Positions 53,990-61,439 of a stretch of DNA of 61,439 nucleotides are shown here, one piece after another. The stretch's first letter is position 1; each line of letters starts with the position of its first letter. The notes under the pieces are model-generated. The model saw only the letters and a list, made by a program, of their open reading frames with translations. It had not been told where the DNA came from and searched no databases. The translations under genes and the position numbers were made by a program. This DNA is from a virus (taxonomy: Duplodnaviria; Caudoviricetes): the IMG/VR virus record IMGVR_UViG_3300043256_000338, positions 1-61,439 of that record. One strand, written 5' to 3'.

Positions 53990-54748
53990 CTAGTCCACGT
54001 CGTCAGAATCGTCAGCCAGTGGGTAGAGCGCGATCTGGGCATTGACGAACGTCGCTCGAAACAGGAACTCGTCGAACACACTCGGAGGTACGAAGTCCGG
54101 GATGTCACTCAGCAGGTGCTGCGGGACGTGGAAAGCATAGGCGCGCGACGGGGCCGCCGGCGCGATGTTCACCGCAGCACCAGGATTCACGATCAGGCCG
54201 TTTGCAGCCCCCCCTGGGTCGGTGTACGTCCGGATCGCGTCGTCTACCACCGCCATCTCGGCCCACCCCGGGATCGGGCCGCCAGCGGCCTCTCCCTGGG
54301 CCAGGAGCCCGTGCCGATCCCAGATCCGGAGGTGGCCATTGCCCGGAACGATCGCCACGACAAGCCGGATGCGAGCACCCGCGGAGTGCGGACGAGTCGC
54401 CACCGCAGTCACAGCTGAGCTACCCACAGAGCCTGACCCCGAGATTGCTCGGAGAACCCCAGAGTCGTAGTAGACCGTGGTTGCCGGGTCGCCATTGCCA
54501 AGATTGAGAATGGTCCCGTCAGGCGTCCCCGAGAGCCTGTACCTGAGCTGGAATGTGACCGGGCTCGTCGTCGCCCCGGTCGGGAACACCTCGGAGATCG
54601 GAAGTGGCGTCAGATCCCGATCGAGGAGCCTCGTCTGGTGAATTTTCGGGAATCCCCGGAGCGAATCCCTGCGACTACGAGCAGCGTTGTGATGCGCCAC
54701 CCGCCGACGATGGCTGCCAGACGCTAGCGCTCGAGCTGCGGACACCAT
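53990..54748 (-). CDS. LamG/concanavalin-like protein (paralog 2)
   Basis: SPVTFQLR..GTILNLG..RLVVAIVPGNGHLRIW; ATG 54748 after GAGGGGG. Confidence 0.6.
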   Translation of the reverse strand: MVSAARALASGSHRRRVAHHNAARSRRDSLRGFPKIHQTRLLDRDLTPLPISEVFPTGATTSPVTFQLRYRLSGTPDGTILNLGNGDPATTVYYDSGVLRAISGSGSVGSSAVTAVATRPHSAGARIRLVVAIVPGNGHLRIWDRHGLLAQGEAAGGPIPGWAEMAVVDDAIRTYTDPGGAANGLIVNPGAAVNIAPAAPSRAYAFHVPQHLLSDIPDFVPPSVFDEFLFRATFVNAQIALYPLADDSDDVD

Positions 54749-54758
54749 GGCGTCCCCC

Positions 54759-55382
54759 TCATGCCTGGAACCCGCGTGGCAGCTGCCCGACATAGATGGA
54801 CACCGGGGATACGATCGCCACGTCTGTCAGCGCTGTCGCGGCCACCAGACGGGGTGTAACCGTCCCGTTGACCCCATTGACCCGACCAGCCCCGGAATCC
54901 GAGTACTCTCCCGAGGGGAACGCCAAGGCCCCGTCCGCGAACGCCTCGAGATGCCCGTCGATGTAGACCCCGATCCTGCGGGTTCCGGGATTGATCGCCA
55001 CCGCCACCTGGAACCGCTGGCCGTCAGAAAGCCCAGAGAGCGAAGTCGCAACCCCCGTGGTGCCCGTTGCATTGCCGGCGCCGACACGTAACACACCGGC
55101 ATCGAACGAAAGCCCCGCTCCCTGGGCAGATGATCCAATTTCCCAGACGACTCCCGACGGAGAGGTATCTGAGATCTCTAACTCCAGGACCACCGTGATC
55201 GGTTGAGTCCTAGCCCCGAGCTGCGCAGCGACAAAGTTGCCGTGGTCGAGCGGCAGGACGAGACTCCTGAACAGCCCCCTGGTGATGTCACGGAGCGATC
55301 GCACGCGCGCACGCGCATGCGAATAGACCGCCTGCTCGAGGTCGTCGAGCTCTTTCAGGGGTTGCAGCTGCTCCTGGACCAT
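54759..55382 (-). CDS. LamG/concanavalin-like protein (paralog 1)
   Basis: QPITVVLE..GVVWEIG..QVAVAINPGTRRIGVYIDG. Confidence 0.65.
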   Translation of the reverse strand: MVQEQLQPLKELDDLEQAVYSHARARVRSLRDITRGLFRSLVLPLDHGNFVAAQLGARTQPITVVLELEISDTSPSGVVWEIGSSAQGAGLSFDAGVLRVGAGNATGTTGVATSLSGLSDGQRFQVAVAINPGTRRIGVYIDGHLEAFADGALAFPSGEYSDSGAGRVNGVNGTVTPRLVAATALTDVAIVSPVSIYVGQLPRGFQA

Positions 55383-55391
55383 CGATCACTC

Positions 55392-56150
55392 CTAGCGTGA
55401 CGGGGGAACCATCACGGGACGCTGAGACCCCGGCACCGGCTTACGGATTGCCATCGCCGCGTCGAGCGGAGACTTGGTCTGTAGCTGCTTGGCCACGTCT
55501 TTGACCGTAGTCCCCGCCTCGATGAACGCGCGAGCCCGCGCAGCCTTCTCTTCACGCGCCTTGCGCGCCTGCTCGAGATACTGTTTGACGCCGTCTTGGG
55601 ACTTCTCCTTGCCAGCGATGCGCGAAAGCACGATCGACGCCGTCTCGCTTTTCCCAGCCAGGACTTTCAACTCATGCGTCAATTTGTCGCGCTCTTTGCT
55701 CTTCGCTTGGTAGAGCAAGTCGATCTCGGCAATTGCCTTCCGAAGCAACGCGGGTGAACGCATCACAACTTGGGTCGGCATCTCCAGCACGTTGAGCTCG
55801 GCCGCATCTTTGTCCTCGAACTCGACCAGGTCGTCCACAGGGCTCGTCAAGAACGTCGCCGCCGGATCCGACTTCGCGCTCTCTTGAGCCACTTTGGCAA
55901 ACGGCGGTGCTGCGGGCGATGACCCGACATCCGCAACTTCCGCCGGCTGCTCGGGCTTCTGATTGCCCTTCGTTCCAGGATCAGCACGCATGGACTCGCG
56001 ATTGAGAAGTGGTGCAGCATCTGTGATCTGGTCTCGATCGACCTTCCCGCCGACGATCTTGGTCACCGCGTCCACACGCGGAAGCCCGTCCGTCGTCCAG
56101 TGGTCGTCGTTCTCCGGGTCCAAAGTCCGCAGCACTTGTAGCAAGTCCAT
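55392..56150 (-). CDS. Conserved head-region protein
   Basis: LDPENDDHWTTDGLPR motif, coiled C-terminus. Confidence 0.65.
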   Translation of the reverse strand: MDLLQVLRTLDPENDDHWTTDGLPRVDAVTKIVGGKVDRDQITDAAPLLNRESMRADPGTKGNQKPEQPAEVADVGSSPAAPPFAKVAQESAKSDPAATFLTSPVDDLVEFEDKDAAELNVLEMPTQVVMRSPALLRKAIAEIDLLYQAKSKERDKLTHELKVLAGKSETASIVLSRIAGKEKSQDGVKQYLEQARKAREEKAARARAFIEAGTTVKDVAKQLQTKSPLDAAMAIRKPVPGSQRPVMVPPSR

Positions 56151-56164
56151 GCATGCCTCCAGTG

Positions 56165-56677
56165 TCAATCGTCGCCGAGGACGACGAAGGACAGGTAGAG
56201 CTCACCATCGACCGTCATCTCGATCCCGTCGGCCGAGATGTCCGCGTCATCGATGAGCAGGTTCATGTTCAGTTCGAGGGTTCCCGCAGTGTTGTCGAGA
56301 ACCTTCGTGGTTACGCCGGTACCACGCGTGACCGGAGACACCTCCGCCGTAGCAGCTCCGATAGCCGTCGAGTCGATGATGTCCACATCCCCAGCGGAGA
56401 TAGTCCCATCACTTGCCGGGGTCGAGCCGATACCGAAGTCGCCAACCCAGTCATCATCGAGACTACCGGACGTCGGTCCCGAGAAACGCATGTTGGCTAC
56501 CGCTCCGAGAATCAGAAGATTCCCCTCCGGCAGTCCACCGAGGACCACTGTTCCCCAACCGACCCCGGACGCACCAGCGACCGTCAAGGCGAGAGCTCGC
56601 GCGAGCGAGATCTCCTTGATGATCAATGCTCGACCAGGTGCAGCGCGACCCAGCGATCGAACCAATCCCTTTGTCAT
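56165..56677 (-). CDS. Capsid decoration/structural protein
   Basis: MTKGLVRSL..LPEGNLLILGAV..VLGDD; downstream of capsid gene. Confidence 0.7.
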   Translation of the reverse strand: MTKGLVRSLGRAAPGRALIIKEISLARALALTVAGASGVGWGTVVLGGLPEGNLLILGAVANMRFSGPTSGSLDDDWVGDFGIGSTPASDGTISAGDVDIIDSTAIGAATAEVSPVTRGTGVTTKVLDNTAGTLELNMNLLIDDADISADGIEMTVDGELYLSFVVLGDD

Positions 56678-56687
56678 CTCGATCCTT

Positions 56688-57512
56688 TCACGCGATCGCT
56701 TCGAGAACAGCTTCCCAGAATTTGGGGACCGCGATCGACGGCGGATGCGCCCGCGATCCGAAGCGCGTCATCCGCCCCGTGATCACAGATTCGATTGCAT
56801 CCATCAGCGACGAAGCGGTTTCGCCGAGCGAGTGAGTACCAGAGCCATCGTCCGAGAACTCGACCGCAGCACCACCCGCAGTCAGGGCGAGCTGAATCGT
56901 GTTCGCGTCCGAAACACTGATGAAGTAGCCGACAGCGTCCAGGCCGCCAGAGAACAGCGCAGCATCCGCAGCTACGCCATCTGCGCCGGCAACAGAGAGG
57001 GTGTAAGCGTTGCCGGCAACACCGGCAAGGATCGCACGTAGGGTCACCGTGGTCGCGTTGCTAGCAACGGCAAACACCGTCGAATGCGCCGCGGTGATCT
57101 CGGCAGAGTAGTCCGTACCGCCAGAGCCGGTATCGGTGATGGCCAGCAGGAGATGCAGCAACGACTCCTCATCGTCCGCACCAACATCGACCAGGTACGG
57201 CGTGCCGACAGATCCATCCGGAGTGCCGGCAGTCGGATCCGCAGCCCACTCGTAGTACACGCCGTTGATCTCGACCACGTCGTCCGCGATCGTCCCGGGC
57301 GTGAAGGTCAGGCCGTTAGTTGCTTTGAACGGAGCCAGCCCAGTAGGGAGCTGGCCCGTGCTAGAAACGTGAATCGGCCCATTGTCGTCCGTGTACCCGT
57401 GGGAAGCGATCGTCAAGGTCTCAGCGGCATGCGTCGTGGTGAACGTATCCGAGGAGCCCATGAAAACCGAGTCGCCACCCAGGGCAGCAATCACAGCTTC
57501 TTTCGTTGACAA
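56688..57512 (-). CDS. Head decoration-like protein with nested beta domains
   Basis: ASHGY..GQLPTGL [insert] YFISVSDANTIQLALTAGG. Confidence 0.65.
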   Translation of the reverse strand: MSTKEAVIAALGGDSVFMGSSDTFTTTHAAETLTIASHGYTDDNGPIHVSSTGQLPTGLAPFKATNGLTFTPGTIADDVVEINGVYYEWAADPTAGTPDGSVGTPYLVDVGADDEESLLHLLLAITDTGSGGTDYSAEITAAHSTVFAVASNATTVTLRAILAGVAGNAYTLSVAGADGVAADAALFSGGLDAVGYFISVSDANTIQLALTAGGAAVEFSDDGSGTHSLGETASSLMDAIESVITGRMTRFGSRAHPPSIAVPKFWEAVLEAIA

Positions 57513-57554
57513 GAATCACCCCCTTTCGAGGTTTCTCAGGTCGGAGTTACCCGA

Positions 57555-58658
57555 CTATGCCTCGCGGGTAATCAGCCTCGCGAAAGGAATCTGCTTCCGC
57601 TCGGGGTAGACACGGTCCCAGCTACCAGAGTTGTTGAGGTTGTTGGCGCCAGTTCCGTTGGCTGGGCCACCGGACGCTGCGGTCCCGGTGTAAGCGTGGC
57701 CGACCGGGTGGATCGTCCACTGCTGACGCGAGTGCAGCACATCCTGGCCCCCGCCGTTGCCGGCGGATGCCTTGCGGGAGACCTCGGTGGGTACGGCCGG
57801 AGACCCGACACCCCACTGCGTAGCGCCCGCGCCAAACAGCCACGTCTCGTACACTCCAGCCACACCAGCGCTACCATCGGCGCGGAGAGCCGAAGTACTG
57901 GACGGGACACCGTCGTCCTCGATGACCTCACGGCCGAGGAACGTCGGGATCAGAACCTCACCACGTGCATCCGGAATGAAGTCGATCAGGTTGTTCTTCT
58001 TCATCCGGTTCATGACCACGCTGTGGACCATGATCGCGGTGAGCTGGTCTTCGGAGTCGCCCATCGTCACAGCCGCGTCGAGCATCGCCTCGGCCGAGAA
58101 GTTGGTGACTCCGTCGACGAAGCCAGTCGACGCAACGTCGTTGGCGTAGTCGCCAGAGTCGTTCGCCGAATTGTCCTTGGAGAGCCCCTGGATGGTTGCG
58201 ATGAAGGCCGCCTGCAGACGGCGAGCCCAGTAGAACGCGACTCGACCCCCGATCGCAGCGAGAGCATCGGAGCCGGCGAGCGCGATCGCGAGATCGGACG
58301 TCGACCACGACTTGTTCCGATTGAGACGCACCGCGATCTCGGTGTCGGTCTCGATCTTCGCCGGGATTGAGTCCAGGAAGTTGCCCGCGCCGAATGCAGA
58401 GATCGTTCCGTCCGCCAGCAGAAACTGGTCGGCCGCACGGTCGGTCGAGATGTTGTCGTCATCGTTGTCGAGGTCACGCCATGACGGGACGTTGAACGTG
58501 AGACCACCACCGGCCAGGAGTTGGTCGAGGAGAGGGTTCCGAGAGAGTACGCCGGATTGCACCAGGCGCGCCTTCTCCTCCGTCAACTGCTGGATGTACG
58601 GCGTGAAGATCTCGGGAACAACAACGTCCGCGACCTGAGTGATTGGTCCGGTTGCCAT
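57555..58658 (-). CDS. Major capsid protein
   Basis: DVVVPEIFTPY..LVQSG, IMVHSVV, FLGREVIEDDG, WDRVYPERKQI; follows scaffold. Confidence 0.92.
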   Translation of the reverse strand: MATGPITQVADVVVPEIFTPYIQQLTEEKARLVQSGVLSRNPLLDQLLAGGGLTFNVPSWRDLDNDDDNISTDRAADQFLLADGTISAFGAGNFLDSIPAKIETDTEIAVRLNRNKSWSTSDLAIALAGSDALAAIGGRVAFYWARRLQAAFIATIQGLSKDNSANDSGDYANDVASTGFVDGVTNFSAEAMLDAAVTMGDSEDQLTAIMVHSVVMNRMKKNNLIDFIPDARGEVLIPTFLGREVIEDDGVPSSTSALRADGSAGVAGVYETWLFGAGATQWGVGSPAVPTEVSRKASAGNGGGQDVLHSRQQWTIHPVGHAYTGTAASGGPANGTGANNLNNSGSWDRVYPERKQIPFARLITREA

Positions 58659-58858
58659 TTCTGGTCCCTACGGTTCTAAGCCGAAAAACGGATCTCGGAA
58701 CCGGGCGCCATGGCACGGAATCCGCCAAGTGCAGCAACTCCTCTCTCGGCACCATGGCTCTGAGAATCTCCCTCGCTGCGTCGGGAGCCTTGGGAAATGC
58801 CGGACACCATGTGCCCGGTACACCGACGAAACTAGCGAACCCTAGGAGCGGTGGCTAG

Positions 58859-59701
58859 TTATTTCTTTTTGGTGGCCGACGTGGCACCAATGCGAGAATT
58901 GGCCGACGCAGCCATCTTGTTGGCCGTCTCCATCCCTTTGTCGCGGATGACCTTCCCCTGATCGGTGACGTTCCAGTGGTCCTCAGCCCACGGGTTGCTG
59001 CCACCCGCAAACGACCGGTCACTGCCACGCGCTCCGCCACCACGAGACGGCTGGAGCCACCCCGGCCGCTTTGGCAGCATCTCCTCGAGCCAGGTCTCGG
59101 CGCCCATACCAGGCGTCACCCCAACCCCGTCCTTGGTAATGACCTCGGAGTCCTCATTGACCTCCATCACGCGCTCGCCCCACAGGCGAACGTCCTCGCG
59201 GTACTCCGGGAGGACCTTCGCGGTAGTCATCGCCTTGTCGAGCGCGTCGTGAATCGACCGCTGAGTTTTCTCTCCGCGGAGCGTGGTCAGCTCACCCAAG
59301 CCTTCATCGATCTGGGTCTTCAGCTTCTTGTTCTCGCGCTCCACCGGTGCCAGCCGAGTCTTGATCGTCGCTTCAACCCGGCGCTCGACGGCCGCCTCGA
59401 CCTCTGTCTCGTCGAATTTGTCCTTTGCAGCGAGCTCGAGCTCGGGGTAGCGGTCGAGCTTCGTCTGGACCTCTTCGAGCTCGCCGAGCTCGGCCCAGCC
59501 GGCCAGCTTCGTCTTCACATCAGCCGTCGTCTCGCGCTCCTTACGGATCCCCTCGTTCAGCCGGTCGACGTCCTTCTGGGTCTTCACGCCCTGGATACCG
59601 GTAAGCTCGAAGTCGTCACCCTTCTTCGTAAACAGCTCTTGGATCGCCGGCTCGGTGACCGCGTCGAACTCCTCCTGGGTCAAAACAGCCTTCAGCACCA
59701 T
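58859..59701 (-). CDS. Capsid scaffolding protein
   Basis: Acidic coiled-coil; GGGARG..NPW..WNVTDQG; ATG 59701 after GAAAGG. Confidence 0.85.
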   Translation of the reverse strand: MVLKAVLTQEEFDAVTEPAIQELFTKKGDDFELTGIQGVKTQKDVDRLNEGIRKERETTADVKTKLAGWAELGELEEVQTKLDRYPELELAAKDKFDETEVEAAVERRVEATIKTRLAPVERENKKLKTQIDEGLGELTTLRGEKTQRSIHDALDKAMTTAKVLPEYREDVRLWGERVMEVNEDSEVITKDGVGVTPGMGAETWLEEMLPKRPGWLQPSRGGGARGSDRSFAGGSNPWAEDHWNVTDQGKVIRDKGMETANKMAASANSRIGATSATKKK

Positions 59702-59729
59702 GTGCCGTACCTTTCTGCCCCCATGGGGC

Positions 59730-60968
59730 TTACAGGAAATCTTCCGGGTCAAGCCCGGCCGCCCGGAACGCATCAGCATCGGTGCGCGCGAGCGTTGCCA
59801 GTGTGATCGGACGTCCGGCGGGGTCCACGACCCTCGTCAACGGAAGCCCGGCCCTGAACAGCCTCCCCTTGGTCAATCCAAGGTAGTCATCCTGGAATTC
59901 TGTCGATTGCCGCTCCAGGAACTCCTGGTAGGGCACCTTGGCGGGTCCGATACCCGTGAGCTCGCGCTTGCGGCGCCGCGCGAACTCATCGAAGGCACCC
60001 TTGGTGCCATGGGGAAGATCCGCCCTCCTGGAAACGGGGTCAATCCCCTCCTGAGCAGAAAACTCACGCAGGAGCTGCTTCTGAGTGAAAGAGCGGGCCG
60101 GGCGATTTCCGATCGCCTCGTCATCGACCAGCGCAACCCGGAGCGACCGGCAACCGAAGTGGACCGGTGGGATCGGACCGACGCCAACTGCGAACTGCTG
60201 CCCGTCCAGGGACGCACAAACATGCGTGGTACGAGAGTCCAGCGTCGCCACGTAGAGCTCAGCCTGGATGATGTCAACATTCTCCAGGTGGTACTCACGG
60301 CGCGACTCATTCGCAATCGCGTTGACCGCTGTTCGGGTGAGCATCTCTGCCTGTCGGCGCGTGATCTCGAGCACCCCGTCGGCCCCACGAGTGATCTTCG
60401 AACCGACTACTCGTCTGGCGATCTGCTGACCGGTCTCGCCCTGGGTGAGCCCGATCTTGATCTGCTTCTCGATGCGAGAGATGTCCGCACGCTCGAGATC
60501 TATCGACCACTCCTTGAGGGTCAACCCTTCGAACGGACGCGACTTCACGATATCCCGAAGTAGACGAGCGCTCGGGAGCTTCGTATCGAGGTCGACCGGC
60601 ATCGTCGTCCTCAGGATCCCATCGACGAACCCAGGCTCGGCAAGCGACAGATCCGTCAGCGAAGAGAACCACGTCTCTGATACCTGCTTGAACGCATCCG
60701 ATCGAATGGAAGCGAGAGAATCAAGCAGCCGCTCGAGCCGAGCGACCTGTGCCGGTCGAGTGATACCAATACCGAGCCGAGTCTTGTCCTCGATCTGGCG
60801 ACGAACATCGTCCTCGGTCGCGTCGAGAAGCGCCTGCACCTCATTGGAGATCGAGCCCGAGACACGAAGGATTCCGATCTGATGGCGGATCATCGCATCG
60901 AAAAAGTGTTCACTAGCCGTCATTGTACGGCCAGCCACTCGAATCTGTCGTTCAGGATCGAAGATCAC
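59730..60968 (-). CDS. Head morphogenesis protein (Mu gpF/SPP1 gp7-like)
   Basis: LTRTAVN, VATLDSRTTHVCASLDG, PPVHFGCRS. Confidence 0.92.
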   Translation of the reverse strand: MIFDPERQIRVAGRTMTASEHFFDAMIRHQIGILRVSGSISNEVQALLDATEDDVRRQIEDKTRLGIGITRPAQVARLERLLDSLASIRSDAFKQVSETWFSSLTDLSLAEPGFVDGILRTTMPVDLDTKLPSARLLRDIVKSRPFEGLTLKEWSIDLERADISRIEKQIKIGLTQGETGQQIARRVVGSKITRGADGVLEITRRQAEMLTRTAVNAIANESRREYHLENVDIIQAELYVATLDSRTTHVCASLDGQQFAVGVGPIPPVHFGCRSLRVALVDDEAIGNRPARSFTQKQLLREFSAQEGIDPVSRRADLPHGTKGAFDEFARRRKRELTGIGPAKVPYQEFLERQSTEFQDDYLGLTKGRLFRAGLPLTRVVDPAGRPITLATLARTDADAFRAAGLDPEDFL

Positions 60969-60974
60969 AGGGTG

Positions 60975-61256
60975 CTACTTGTCGAGCTTGTCGAGCACTC
61001 GATTGAGCTGCTCGGAAACACCCTCCAGCTTGGCTTCAATCTTCCCCACCGTCAGATTCAACTCGCGGCGCGTCACCGAATCAGGATGCGTAACGCGCAA
61101 GTGAATCTCGATCTTCTGATCGATCATGTCCGACACTCGATTCATGATCGCGGGGACGACGAACGAAGCATGCAGTCCGGCAAGCACAGTAAGTCCGGCA
61201 AGCATCGTCATGACTTGCTTCCAGCTCACACCGACCTCCTCATCGGTCTTCTTCAT
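60975..61256 (-). CDS. Small membrane-anchored coiled-coil protein (holin/XhlA-like candidate)
   Basis: One hydrophobic helix then KIEAKLEGVSEQLNRVLDKL. Confidence 0.55.
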   Translation of the reverse strand: MKKTDEEVGVSWKQVMTMLAGLTVLAGLHASFVVPAIMNRVSDMIDQKIEIHLRVTHPDSVTRRELNLTVGKIEAKLEGVSEQLNRVLDKLDK

Positions 61257-61312
61257 GCTACAGCCCCAGAACCACTAGAGGGTTGATTGTCATCCGGAGG
61301 ATCGTCGCCGTC
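61253..61312 (-). CDS. Portal protein C-terminal end (DGDDPPDDNQPSSGSGAVA*)
   Basis: In-frame continuation across the circular join; its TGA overlaps the ATG of the next gene (ATGA). Confidence 0.85.
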   Translation of the reverse strand, partial: DGDDPPDDNQPSSGSGAVA

Positions 61313-61439
61313 CACCGGTCCATCAGGATTCGTTGATCCACCACCTCGGAGCATGAGCAGGTCTTCCTCCGAGAGGATCTTCTTTAGTTCTTCATCGAAC
61401 GTCATTTCCGTGAGTCCGCGGTCTGCCATCAGCTTGTGA
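61313..61439. repeat. Terminal direct repeat, copy 2
   Basis: Identical to 1..127. Confidence 0.97.

Noticed and set aside
1499-60968. Stop-codon reassignment
   Set aside because: Core genes are full length under the standard code and end in TAG, TGA or TAA at coupled junctions
61313-61439. 127-bp terminal repeat as a biological DTR
   Set aside because: It falls inside the portal gene and 127 is a common assembler k-mer; best read as circular overlap

Overview
The window is a complete, circularly permuted genome of about 61,312 bp from a GC-rich long-tailed (siphovirus-like) dsDNA phage; the last 127 bp repeat the first 127 bp and the portal gene reads across the join. Essentially all credible genes are on the minus strand. 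The late block holds a ParB-N/DNA methylase, terS, terL, portal, gpF-like protein, scaffold, major capsid, decoration/LamG proteins, head-tail connectors, tail tube, a frameshifted chaperone, tape measure and a BR0599-type tail tip. The early block holds a Tad1-like anti-defence sponge, an HTH repressor, Sak4/SSB/exonuclease/two helicases, a primase-polymerase, RusA and many small accessory genes. I found no recognisable integrase, ParA or endolysin. The most notable non-coding signals are: (1) a perfect chromosomal-type parS palindrome beside an iteron/inverted-repeat origin-like region; (2) a 20-bp operator-like motif at seven early intergenic or gene-boundary sites, including the apparently leaderless HTH gene promoter; (3) CAUGG-loop hairpins in the leaders of terS, scaffold and capsid genes; (4) several structured leaders or candidate ncRNAs. 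A secreted cohesin/dockerin-like protein suggests a Planctomycetota-type host (inference). Family assignments come from motif recall, not database searches.
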